Shown: one piece after another, positions 1 to 12,021 of the stretch
How the letters are laid out: every line of letters begins with the position of its first letter
Numbering within the stretch: the stretch's first letter is position 1
Assembly: GCA_001643675.2 (NCBI GenBank)
Contig: LSRY02000031.1
Coordinates: forward strand, 868,001-932,000
Direction: 5' to 3'
DNA: 64,000 nucleotides
From: Monocercomonoides exilis PA203
Lineage: Eukaryota; Protista; Preaxostyla
The notes under the pieces: generated by a model
Databases searched by the model: none
Told to the model about the DNA's origin: nothing
Seen by the model: only the letters and a program-made list of their open reading frames with translations
Program-made: the position numbers and the translations under genes

Positions 1-94
1 TCCTCCATGCAGGGATGACTCCTTTCCTAATAATTCGTGCTCCTCCAATTTCTTCCCATTCTTCTCGAAATAAACAAGTTCTTCCTTCAATCAT
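1..94 (-). CDS. N-terminus of a DIRS1-type retrotransposon RT/RNase H ORF (runs off the left edge)
   Basis: Manual translation from ATG at 94-92 gives MIEGRTCLFREEWEEIGGARIIRKGVIPAWR. This fits the 'IGGRL..F...W..I......I..G' start typical of DIRS pol ORFs. A homologous segment continuing into RT motifs occurs at 50608-50955. Confidence 0.7.
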   Translation of the reverse strand, partial: MIEGRTCLFREEWEEIGGARIIRKGVIPAWR

Positions 95-1001
95 TGTCTC
101 TTGTCGGACTTTTGTGGGATGTTGAATGCTGTTCGTTTCTTCTAGTTAAAGAAACGACCTCTGATTGTCTTCTTGAAGCGAAACCTGAAGCTCTTGGTCG
201 CAGTCGGATTTGGTTTTGTAGCCTTGACAACCGGGGAGCTGCTTGAAAAAATCTGTGGCAAACTGATCTTCTGGTTGGAATTGTTCTGGCTCTTAACGAA
301 CTTCTTCTCATAGGCCAGCTCGTTGTTTGCAGCTTGAATTGTTGACTCTTTTCTGTTTTTCTCCATTCTTCCAGAACTTCTGATTGCCTTTGAGTTTGAA
401 GACTGGAAGCTGAGCTTTCCTTCATCTGTGCAGCTGCCCTAAAGCCGAATCTTCCTTGAATTCTTACAGATCTTGCATCCTTCAGCTCTTTAGAAACTAA
501 TAAAATTGCATCTGAAATTGATCCTTTTTCGTCATCTTTTTCTTTTAATTTCGAGTGTGAATAAAGCAGAATTTTAATAGCTGGATATTGATATGCTTCA
601 GAGATCTCGCCTGCCTTTTCCAATGCGTCGTTCATCCAATTATCTGTTCTCGAAGCAGTAGGAGGGGCCTTTGGCAGAAATGGACTTAAATCATCTTCCT
701 TCAGGTTAATAATAAGATCTTCCAAATATCTTTCTGGAAAATCCATATCGTATAAGCTGCAATCCGGATCTCTGAGAAATATTGTTTTAAAATTATTTTC
801 TAGTAGCAAACTATCCTCGCCATGGCTTTCTTTTGCTTCTGAAGCTCCCGGGATCTGTTGGGAAAATTCAGAACTGGAATGAGAAATCATACTCGAAAAC
901 ATCTCTCCCGGAGGTCCATCTGACATCATTGATGTGGCAGAATTCAACGCGGGTCCAGTGCTGAGTGGAGAGCTGGGGAGCATTCTTTTTCCAAATTGCA
1001 T
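87..1001 (-). CDS. Putative gag-like ORF1 of the DIRS-type retrotransposon (304 aa)
   Basis: Intronless ORF with a helical middle and Arg/Ser-rich C-terminus. Its TGA (89-87) overlaps the start of the RT ORF (ATGATTGA). The assignment rests mainly on position. Confidence 0.6.
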   Translation of the reverse strand: MQFGKRMLPSSPLSTGPALNSATSMMSDGPPGEMFSSMISHSSSEFSQQIPGASEAKESHGEDSLLLENNFKTIFLRDPDCSLYDMDFPERYLEDLIINLKEDDLSPFLPKAPPTASRTDNWMNDALEKAGEISEAYQYPAIKILLYSHSKLKEKDDEKGSISDAILLVSKELKDARSVRIQGRFGFRAAAQMKESSASSLQTQRQSEVLEEWRKTEKSQQFKLQTTSWPMRRSSLRARTIPTRRSVCHRFFQAAPRLSRLQNQIRLRPRASGFASRRQSEVVSLTRRNEQHSTSHKSPTRDND

Positions 1002-1425
1002 TGTTCAAAAAGTATATTATCTTATGAACGTTGTGATTTTTTATAATTTGACAGAATCAAATAAATTATTGAAGCTTGATGAAAGAAGTCTTTCTCCCTG
1101 CATATCACCTCTTTTCATAAGAAAAAATACGCTTCATATGTTATAAATTTAACAGATTCAATGTTAATCTTTTAAATGAAAATAATTATGTTTTATTATC
1201 AAAAAGTGGTGATAACAATTGAAGTTATAAAAAAAAGGTCGGAGTTGAAAAACATAGATCAGAGATAAATCGAGAACCAAATTATCTTTACAATAATAGC
1301 AAGATTTCTTTTTCAAACAATTACAACAATCAAAATTAAAAGATAAAAATTTTTAACCCGAGAATAACAATAAATTATATCTTTTCAAAGATCATTGAGG
1401 ATTTCTAATTCTCCCATTTTATACA

Positions 1426-4400
1426 TTAACGAAGGTTCGAAACAATATGTTCATCCAATGAAGTTTTCATTTCCTCTGAATATTCACGATACACCGATCT
1501 CCGGTTCACTTTCTTTGACGAATCATGAAAAACAGTTGTGATTTTCTTTTTGACTTTTCTTCCACATGGCCAGTTGACATTCACCATCCTTTCAAATATT
1601 GGTAATATAATTCCAAAATATCCCAAATATACGAATGTTCCTCCAAGTGAAGTTAGGAGCATCCCATAAGTTACCTTATTTGAACGTTTTGTGATAGCCA
1701 CAGTTTTTTCCATTTTCAATAAAATATTAATTCCAAATCCAGTCGAAAAATACATATTCGATTCATCTTCCAATGAGCCAGCGTTAAATGAAATATGGTT
1801 TAATAGATGACCCTCTCCAGATTTATATTTGCTGCTTGTGTTCTTTTCATTCCTAAAGATCGAAGGAATAATCTCCAAAGTGACATTCAAGGGATTCGAT
1901 CCATGTAGCACGAATTCTTCATTACTAACATAAATACCTTCCATTATTGACTGATAAGTATCAAGATCATCTTTAGCTTTTTTTTGTGCAGGAACAGCTG
2001 AGTCAAAAGATGCATGAATCTTTATTGCTCTGCATGAAGCATGACTTTCGGACGAGAACAATGAAAAGAATGTTGCTTGTGAATTTATAAGATTATTTTC
2101 ATATTTTGACGCTTTGAGAGTTAACCGGCAGTTTTTTGTTGGAGGATAATAAAGATTGGAAGATGGCATTTGAGTGCAACTTCTCGAAATTTTTCGGAAC
2201 ATATCATCATTTTCACTAACATACCAATCTTTTGAAGACAATTTATGAACATAGAAAAAAAATGAATATAAAAAAAATGAGCTACAAAAATATTAGTTTG
2301 CGAGCACACCGAATAGATCAAAAGTTGTTTTTCCTAATCCTAAATTCTCAGAGCATTTTCCAGTTAATTCATTTGTGTTATCACTCCCGTTTTCTATGCA
2401 TTCACCTGTATAATCAATCAAAGTCAACTCCACTTTTATATTCTTGTTAGAAATTTTTGAAATATCTGCATCGTCTACCATAGATATATCGACGGTTGAT
2501 CTCGTTTCACTTGTGTTGAAGAAGAAAAATGTGATGATAACCAATAGTGCAGCACCAATAACGAAGCAAAAGGCAACTATTGTGACAAATCCGCCAAATG
2601 TTGTTTTTTTTATGTGCTTGATTGTGGAATGGGTGTCTGGATCAAGCTGATCAACATATTTATCAGAATAGCTATCCAGCTTATACAAAAACGCTTTTGT
2701 TGGTAAACATAAAAATGACAAAGCAATAATAACACCAACAAGAATAGAACCACCATAAAGTCCAATTGTTAGCCATTTCTCTTCAGCCGCTGTTGCTTCC
2801 AACGGACTTGGTTGCTGACTGACGAAATCAAAATTTGGTTTTTTGTTATTTGATGAAGCTGAACCGATTGGACAATATTGTTCATCAGTGCAATTTTCAA
2901 TATTGTGGTATTCACCATTGAGAAAATAAGCACCTTCATTTTCAGAGAATTTTTATGCAGGAACTGGAAGACATCCAAACTTTTGCGATCCAAAAGCTGT
3001 TCCATATGTTCCTTTCGGGCATGGTGTGCAATTCTTATTTCCATACTCATCTGAGAACTGTCCAGGTTCGCAAAGCTGACATTCTCCATCCGTGTCTTCA
3101 TAAGTTCCAGGCGAACATTGAATATATTTATCATTTAATCTGATCATTCGAAAAGTGTCAAGTGCATTCGGCAACACTGTTCCGTTTTCACTTACTTGTC
3201 TTCCACCAAAACAGACAACGCTTCTATCAAAAACTGTACAACCAGCTTCAACAACATCAAGATGTATACCGTTTGATAAGAACGATCCATTATCTTCCGT
3301 TGCGTTACAAGTCCAATTTTCAAAAACTTCAATCACCATTAAAGAATCTTTTGCTTTATTTCTATTTCTTCCTCCCAACATCACAATTTTATCATCAAGA
3401 GGTGAGGCAACTCCATCATAATTGTTGAATATTTTAAATTTGACATCATCATTGTTTGAGTGATTATTTCCACTTGTTGAGAATGACTCACTTGAATTAT
3501 TTTTCTTTGTTTGAGAGCCATTTTTAGTTCTGCTAAACCTTTCATATATATTTTCAACAAATATTCCATAAAATGGAGTTGTCCCAACATTCCCTCCAAA
3601 TAACAACAGTGATTGCTTCATATCTGAAGATTTTCCTTTATCAATATATGAATTTTTTTTTCTGTTTTGAAGTTTAGTTTTTGTAATATCTTTTCCTTTT
3701 GTTCCATTAATAGTTGAATCTAACTTATCAGCTGATTCTGTATAATTCTTTTTTTCTTCCTTTTCAGAAATATTATCTGATTCTTTTGATCTTGCCCACA
3801 TATTTCTTACTAGAATAGATGATTTAAAATTCTCAATATGTTCTGCTGAAAACTCCCAAATGTTCAGTGCGAAGTTGAAAACATAACAACGGTCGTTTAT
3901 GTATCCATCTGCTCTCTGACCACCAACAACAAAAAAATAATCCATGTACATTGTGCAAGCTGCTCCAAACACTGGATATGGCTTTGCAAAAGAATTTTTA
4001 CCAAGCTGATTCCATGAATAAGTTGAAAATGAAAATCTCCACAACTCATTTGAAGGTTCAACTTTTCCGGTTTGTGGGTTTGGGCCTAAACCTCCAAATA
4101 GTAAAATGCTTCCATTTTTAAAACAGTAAGATGCCAATTCTCTTGCAGGAGGTGTTTCAGATGTTATTTCAGGTAATTGGATAAACCATTGATTTAACTT
4201 AATTACATAGATATGAAGATCGCTCAATATTTCTCCTGTAATAGGGTCTCTTCCACCATAAACAAAAAACGCTCCATTGCTGAACCCAACAATTGGATTA
4301 ACTCGAGGAGATGGTGCAAAATCCATTGCTTTGATTAAACTGATAAACGGATCACCGTTGATTCTTGATAACAAATTGTGTCCAAGGATTGTTTCCGCTT

Positions 4401-5686
4401 TTGCTTTGATGCTTACTTTTTCAGTCCTCTCATTCGCTCCGAAATTCGAGGAAGAAGAGTGAAACGATGAGAACATTTGCTTGTTTCTCGTCTTTCCAAA
4501 AAAATGTGAATCATCGTCCTTATCAAGAAGCTGCTTTTTTGTGTGCATCTCTTCGGTCCACTGCTTCTGGAGAATTAATATCTTCTTCTGTAATATCGAT
4601 TGATAAATCCTCTTTCATTATTGATAAAATATTTGAATTTATTTTTTCATCCATTCTTCCTCCCAAAATGAAAACATTTCCATCATTGTCTATCGTACAG
4701 CCACAATCCCCAAAAATAAAACAAATGTCATTTTGTTTGATTTCTTTGAATGTGACTTCTTTTTGACCATTTCCATCGATCCCAACATGACTGCAATTAA
4801 AAATGAGAATTGAATTTGATCCGAAGAATAAATTATTGGATTGCCAACCTCCAAATATATATAGAAATGTTTCATTTGAAATTACGCGTGTAGCGTGTCC
4901 AAAATTTGATCGTGACAAAGGAATATTTTTGTTATTTCCATCCAAATCTGTGATTTTCACTTCTTCCCAAGATTGAGGAGCAGCATCGATCTTTATCCTG
5001 AACATGTTGAAATCATAAACATCATCTCCTTCCGTATCTCCCCCAAAAACAACAGCATAGCCATTTGAAATAAACATTCCAGCTCCGCTGCATCGCTTTG
5101 GACCATTTTCATTCGAATTAATTTTTATTACTTTCCATTTTTTCGTTTGTGTATCAAATTCCCACAGATCATTCAGAAGCCCAGAGGCACTAATTCCTCC
5201 AAAAATATATAGCTTATTGTCATCAGATGCATATGCCATCGAATATCGAGCTTCAGGAATTGAATCTCCTTGATCCACTTCTTTCCAAACTTGTAACGAA
5301 AAATCAAATGACCAAAGCGTATTTGAGAATCCTGTGACTTTCCATCCTCCCCAAATGAAAAACGTGTTGTTGACTTTGAATTGAGCAAAAAACTTAACCA
5401 AAGGTTTTTTGCTTTCCAGAGGAACCTGAGCAGGAGTAACAAATACATGATCAAGTGTGATAACATATGCATCGGAAAGAATCACATCATTATAAGTTGT
5501 TCCTCCATAAACGAATATGCTTGGCTTTCCTTTTTCAGAAACAAAATATTGAAATAACGGAGAATAGCGAGGGTTTATTTGTGATCCTGTTGGAGGGAAT
5601 ACACTCACTGATTTTATTATTTTATCTTTTGGAAGCTCACAAACGCTTTTGAGACTTATAAAAGCCAGAATAATCAAAAATTTCAT
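1426..5686 (-). pseudogene. Secreted kelch-repeat + Cys-rich (GCC2/GCC3, ephrin-receptor-like) multi-pass membrane protein with two lesions; recent pseudogene or assembly errors
   Basis: Signal peptide MKFLIILAFISLKSVC. Many kelch GG..W repeats (IFVYGG, FIWGG, YIFGG, VVFGG, LLFGG). CSPGTY..CQLCEPGQFS..CTPCPKGTYG repeats and three hydrophobic helices. Lesions: a +1 frame change near the A6 run at 4535-4540, and an in-frame TAA at 2955-2953 after which the frame continues (KFSENEG..YCPIGS..PLEATAAEEKW). A GT-AG intron at 2309-2229 joins DLF-DWYV. Confidence 0.75.
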
Positions 5687-7954
5687 TTTTGATCAATTAT
5701 ATAAATTAGAAGGAGTGATATTTATTTTTTTAATTAATCATTTCAAAAAATGATATATAATGTTTAATACGAAAATTTTTACAACACTTTGTACATATAT
5801 TTCTATGAAAAAATTTTATATCAAACGTGAAAAGTGTTAAATTGAACATTTCAAAAAAACTTAATAATCAAAAAATAATTTCATTTTGCTAATGAATAAA
5901 TAAAAATAAATAGTTTTGCATTGATTATGAAAATTCCTCAAAAGTACACACATGCTCTCCCTATCGCAAATGCAGAAGATTGTCCAACCACTGATGCCGT
6001 CAATCTCCTTTTCCCTTGTTTCCCAGTGCTCCTTTCTCCATCATCCTTTTTCCCCAATAAATATCCTGTTTCAGTTGTAGTCATACACTTTTTTCCTGAA
6101 AAAAATATCTCCGAATTCTATTCTTTCCAATAACTGTCCAACTGTTGTTATTTCTTTTCGCTCTCATCCATATTCTTTGAAATAGAATTTGTTTTCTTCC
6201 CCTCTTTTTTCTGAATATTAAAATATGCGATTCACATTAGCTGATTGTCTCTCGGCAAAGCTCTCTTCTTATGATCTCCTCAGAAAAACAAAAGAATAGC
6301 AATTTATATAATTTATCAGATTCTTGCACTCTGAGAAGGTCACAGAGGGAAGCATCTTTAAAATGAACAAGACCAATTAAAAACATATACATCATAATTT
6401 TCATATATTATATTGGAAAATGAATTTCCTTCAAAAATGCTTTTCATAATAATTATCTCGCACAACTCCATCATCAACAACCCGTTTTCGCTGTATCGTA
6501 CCAACGCACAAAAAAGAATCGCCTATTTAACAGAAAATATTCGATCACCGATCTCTCATTTTAACAAGGAATATTTTCGATCTTTCAAATCTGATGATCT
6601 TATATCCATAACAACAAACCAGAAAACTATTTATCGTTTTTTCTTTCTTTCTTTGTGACGCCTTGCCAAATATCACTAACAACGCAGAATGGTATAACAA
6701 CTTATGCTTTCATGGTTGTTTTGAGTTCATATTTTGTACCAATTTCTTTTATCCAATGATATCTGAATTCAAATTAAATGACGAATTTTCGTTGTTTTCT
6801 GTTAGAAATGCATTTTCAAAAATGCAGACAACGAGTGGAACCGAAAGGTTTAATGGTTTGTGCACATTGTTGGATTTGAGTTCTCGATGAATGGATTTAT
6901 TTTTGTTTTTCTTTGTTTTTTTTGAAGAATTGTTTTCTGAGCTTGAAGATTGTGATGAGGACGGGCAGAAACTGATAATCGAAGAGATGAATAAAATTGT
7001 TTATGAAATGAATGAAGAGGAATTCAAGTCTGTTTTCACGAAAGAACTGTTTAACAAAATGAACAAAATGATTGAAGATAAGAAACTGTCAATGGGAAAT
7101 GTGCTTTTATTGTTGAAGCGTGTTGGATATTGCAAAGTTCTAAAAAATATGCAAAGTCTGCACTTTGACAACTCATTGTTGAGCAAAAGATTTGAGAAGA
7201 TGATTATTAAAGTCAAAAAGAAGTAGAAAAAAGGAAAGGATGAAAGTCTCCTTGTCGATCTTTGCGAATGCTTTATTTCTCTGAGCTTTAATTTCAACCA
7301 TGAATTATTGTCGATTTGCGTGCCTTACCTTGTGAAAGTTGCATTGAGGAAAGAGGAAAGCGAGGAAGCTCGTAATGAAGTGGAAATAGCTTTTCTGGAT
7401 TTGTATAGCATTGGAATTGGTGTATGAACAATGTTATTTCCTTTTTGAAGTTGTTTCAATTATTCTTTATTATTGTCAGGATTTGAGGCAAGAACTATAT
7501 TTGAATGAGATCAAAGAGATTATCAAATATCATCAGGAACATCGAAATCTTTCACATCTTGCATATCAGTTTGCTTGGAAATTTTTGATAAACAGATCAT
7601 TTTACGATGAGAATTTTGAAGAAGTGATTGTGAATGATCTGCATTTTGCGAGAGAGACAGCAAGAGAAATCGAAGAGCTGGCAAGAAATATGGATTGGAT
7701 GAAAGAGAAAGAAGAAGAAAGAGTGAATGAAACGAAAGAAGAGATTCTTTTGATGGAATGGCTCCGAAAGTTGGAGTTTTTTTTTCGCAGATGCAGAATG
7801 AGGAATGAAGAATTTGCTGGGCTTATTGAAAGCATTGTTCGGGTGTTTCGAGCAGCAAAGGATAAGCACGAAGTTTTTTCGATCAATGCATTTATGTATT
7901 GACCATAGCCATAGGTGATAAAGATATAAAAATTGATTGCTTGCTGAAAGGCGG

Positions 7955-9594
7955 GGCATTAGTCGATTAGATCGATACCCTAAAATAATCAAAATTTTGG
8001 ATTTCTTTTTGATAGAAATAACAAATTAGTAATAATAAATGTGTTTTAAGGCATTTGAATTTTGAAATTAGGGTTTGAAGTGGGAAAAAAAGTTAAATAA
8101 AAAACTGGTGAGGGAATGTATTCCTTATCTTTTTCATCAATATGATCGCTATCAGAAGATCTGTCAGATGATATTTCTTCTGTTGCTGTTAAAGAAGAAT
8201 CATCATCTCTGTCAGATTCTTTAGATTATAGGTCACTAAATTCGATCGGAGTTCCCATTTTTTTATTTTCCACTTCTTTATAAAAAAAACATGCCCTCTG
8301 CAAATTCAGAAAATTCCATAGATTTTTTTTTTTGTCGAAATAAATTATGCTATTATATCGTCTATATGGGTGATAATTTTTGAACTCATATTTTTTCTTT
8401 CGAAAATTTCGGTTCGAAAATTTCTTTTAAATGTTAACAAATGAACACTGAAAAGTGAACAGGCATATTCAAGACCTCTTAATTAATATTTCAGATCATG
8501 CATTTGTTTTTGAAACAGTTGTGATTATTAAAGCACTTGGATGGAAAATTTCTTCCCAAATGAAAACAATCTTTGAAAAATCTACATCCCGAAAAAAGTT
8601 ATGATTTCAAAAATAATCACCCATATATCTATTTTGAATTCCACACGAAGGGAGAAATTTCCGAAATTCACTCCAAACAGCTTCAATAGTATTTGTGCAC
8701 ACGCCCTTTTCAGTTTTATATCTGTATTTATGGCATACGGTGTGATGATCGAATCCCAATGATTTCAATGATGCATTAGTCTTCCATTCGTCGGAGTAGA
8801 TTGTAGAACCTGAGGAAACGTTTGTCATTATTAAAGGTAATAATTGCTCTTTTTTTCTGTTCTTTCCTCTTATGATGATGAAATTTCCTTGTCCTCCTCC
8901 AGTTTTTTTTCGACCATGCCAAAAAGCCAAATTTGCTTTTTTCTTCTTTCATGGTGATATTTTCTTTGTCTGAGCAGCATTTCATCAATTTCGACGATCT
9001 GTCCATCTTTTCCAAGCTGTTCAAAATTTTGACACAGGTTTATAACTCGAACTTATGATGATAAAATCATGAAACATGAAACTATTTCTTTATTGGCATT
9101 AAGTCACTTGCAAATATGCTTTTTTTTAATCGAATGAATATGAAGGCAGCAAAAGTAATTATTTTGAAATTACCAATCTGAAATTTTTCATATGTGTATC
9201 AGCGAACACTGTTTTTCTGAATTTGCAATTTGGACACGTTAAAAATCTATCTTGAACAGAATCCTTTGAAAAAAACATTATTGATCCGCACTTCTCACAC
9301 TCCTTCTTTTGTCTGATAACACAGACATCATTAACCAATCCCGACAAATTTCTTCGTTATGAAACATTGAAAAATAAGATGAGATCTCCTTCTTTTCCTC
9401 CATTTAACAATTGTTTTTAATGATCATTGTCCCTTTTATTAAAAATTTTTCTGTTAATTTTTGATAATAAAAATGGAAATAGATCCAAGATTTTCACGTT
9501 GTGACATTGTTCATATTAATAATAGATTTCATTTGATACTAAAATAATGTTGATTTATCGATTTTTTAGGGTGTCGATCAAATCGACTATTACC
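7955..9594 (-). mobile_element. Merlin (IS1595/IS1016-family) DNA transposon, degenerate transposase
   Basis: TIRs GGCATTAGTCGATTAGATCGATACCCTAAAA and (reverse complement of right end) GGTAATAGTCGATTTGATCGACACCCTAAAA. 8-bp TSD AAAGGCGG (7947-7954) / AAAGTCGG (9595-9602). Zn-ribbon CEKC..CPNC and DDE motifs IVEIDE, TIYSDEW, HHTVCH, TNTIEAVW spread over frameshifted frames at ~8620-9347. Confidence 0.92.
8368..8622. mobile_element. 255-bp MITE with GGGTG...CACCC termini inserted in the Merlin transposase
   Basis: Left end GGGTGATAATTTTTGAA vs reverse complement of right end GGGTGATTATTTTTGAA. Flanked by ATAT on both sides. Removing it plus one ATAT restores the transposase frame (RYIDDIIA*FIRQK). 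Related sequence at ~23415-23520 and ~23940-24049. Confidence 0.8.
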
Positions 9595-9657
9595 AAAGTC
9601 GGAACTATTGATGCATTTTTGGAGGAGATTCATCAATTGACATTTAATTAAAATATA

Positions 9658-10907
9658 GGGCAATGATTTTATCTTAACCTTTTTTCTTTATCTTGACCTT
9701 TTTCTTTTTTGTTATGCTTTCAGCAATACACAAACCTGTGATAAATAAAAAATTACCAGAAATGTTTGAAATGTTTCAATTTCCTTATTCTGTATTTTTT
9801 TCAATATTTCATTTTTTACAAAATAATCGAAAATTATAATAATTTTATGTGTTGATCATTGACTTGCTGCTTTTCCATCGAATACTTATTCTCAGAAGTT
9901 TTAAGCTTTCATATCGTAATACATCGTTTTTTTTTTATAAGTTGAACTTGTTTTAAACTTTCTCAACTTGTTTTTTTAACACTTTTTCTCATTTCACACA
10001 TATTTTCAAAAAACACGATTTTAAAAACACATATGAATTTGTTTCGAAATTTATTGAATTGAAAAATAAACATTATAAAAATTAAACGATTCTTGTATGT
10101 TAAAACGATAATTTATTTGTATATGTTTGGTGATTTGTCTAAATTTTTTTGTAAAATTTGCTTTTGTCAAATATTCAAAAAAAATAAAAATTTCATATTT
10201 CGATTAAATTTCTGTTCTTTCTCACGATACTTTTCAAGAATGGAAATAATAACATTGTTTAGATTTTTTTATCACGACAGCGAAATTTGGCAAGTGGAAA
10301 CAGAAATTTCATCGAAATAAGAAATTTTTATTTTCTTTGAAAATGAAACAAAAGGAACTTTTCAAAAAAATTTTGACATTTGAATAACAAAAAAATCATA
10401 TATACTTGCTTTTCAGTTCAAATTCTTGAAAAGTTCCTTTTCATTTCAAAACTTAATACAAATAAACGATAATAAAGACTTTGTGTATTTTTTTCATTTA
10501 AAAAAAATTTGACACAAACACTTGTTTATTAAAAAAATCGTGTTTTAAGCAAAAACAGTGAAATGAGAAAAAAGGTCAAAACTTTAATTGAAAAAGATAA
10601 AAACAAGTTAAAATAATAATATAGGAATGTGGAATTATGAAGCTGTGGATTAAAACGTTCCGTATGAAATATTAGCTTCACAGCCAGCAAGTCTTTGATC
10701 TGGGTCCTAAAATTATAAAAAATTAAAATAATTTTTTGAAAATAAAATTTCAAAATTTTTTTCAACAGAATTCTGAAAAATAAAAATATCAAGAAGTCTA
10801 TTTATTTTGTTTTTATTTTAAGCTTTTTAACAAATCAAAAAAGCAAAAATAAGTTTCAAAAAAAAGGGTTGAGATAAAATTTTGAGGTCAAGATAAAATT
10901 TGCACCC
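9658..10907. mobile_element. 1250-bp non-autonomous TIR element (GGG...CCC) with subterminal TTTATCTTGACC-like repeats
   Basis: Left GGGCAATGATTTTATCTTAACCT vs reverse complement of right GGGTGCAAATTTTATCTTGACCT. The host gene resumes afterwards with exactly 2 extra nt (TA left, AA right), consistent with a 2-bp TSD. Confidence 0.75.
10136..10378. mobile_element. Hairpin MITE (TGTC...GACA), copy 1
   Basis: Imperfect inverted arms of ~80 bp (TGTCTAAATTTTTTTGTAAA.. / ..TTTCAAAAAAATTTTGACA). A clear paralogue lies at 24463-24724. No convincing TSD. Confidence 0.7.
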
Positions 10908-12021
10908 AAGTGAGAAAGAGTTTGATGTTCTTTTTGGATCTCTCAGAAAAATTGAACAAAAAGACGAAAGACAAAGTTGAAGAAGCGAAAGGAAAAGAGA
11001 TGAAAAAGCAATTGTTCAGAAGGTTGGAAGAAGAATGCTATGAATATCATCATTGAAATCTGATTATTGAGGTACAAATTCATCTCATATTGTTTGATAA
11101 TACATTTTTCATTCAAAAAACATTGTTTGTGTGATACAAAGTTGAAAACTTATCATTTACACAATAGAATTAATTTTCAAACACACTTTCGGAATTTTTT
11201 TATTTATTTTATTTATTTATTTTTATTTTATTTATTTTTTTATTTTTTTATTTTTTTGGGCAAGATGCTTCTTTAAGGGAACCCAATTTTTTCGTTAAAT
11301 CCAAGAATAAATAGCTAAAAAAATGCAATATTAAGATACTATTAATATATTCGGTTAATAATATCCAATTGATCAAAACTGAAAATAATTGAATGGTTTT
11401 TGATTCAAATCTCAAGTTTTACGAGACTTTTTTCAAACTTCTTTAAAATACTTAAATTGAGTTATTTTCAACCCAAACAATTGAAAATATCAATAATATT
11501 CAAATTCAAAAGTCTGAAAACAACATTTAAATGTTATTTAATGAATTTATCAAAAATTTTATTTTAAATTTCAATTAGGGGACAATTGTTTTTGAGAACG
11601 AAAACTCTTAAAAAGAAAAATGATAAATAAAACATAAAGCCAACACCAAAGAGTGTTGATGAAAGTTCACTTAAAAACATTGAGCCTTTTCATTAAGCTT
11701 ATTTTTAATTTTTTTAGGTATTCCTATGGTAGCCTTATGCCTTTTTTTTGTTCATCTGATTGAATTTTTATAAGTGTTATTCATTCCAATTAAAAAATGA
11801 ATAACTCAACAATAATTGAAGATTTTTTTTTAAAATTATTCTGTGTATTTGAACAAAAATAAAATGGAAGTCATTATAACTTTTTGATTTATAATATGTA
11901 TACCACAATTATGAATGGATTTTTCTGTTTAAAATTATTCTCGGATCAAACATAAATAATTGTGAAAGTGTTCATACCGTAATTAATTTAATTGCAAAAA
12001 TATATTTTAAATAATATTTTC

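Larger units (their letters stand above)
6822..11056 (+). pseudogene. Copy 1 of a lineage-specific three-exon helical protein family ('QEH' family), disrupted by a premature TAG and two transposon insertions
   Basis: ATG 6822; intron 6856-6927; in-frame TAG at 7224-7226; motif LYLNEIKEIIKYHQEH. Exon 3 is split at 7955-9594 and 9658-10907 and resumes as GTIDAFLEEIHQ and VRKSLMFFLDLSEKL..RRLEEECYE, collinear with the copy at 46121-47527. Confidence 0.85.

Noticed and set aside
10136-10378. Assigning the TGTC..GACA MITE to the Ginger superfamily
   Set aside because: The termini fit TGT..ACA, but neither copy shows a 4-bp TSD.
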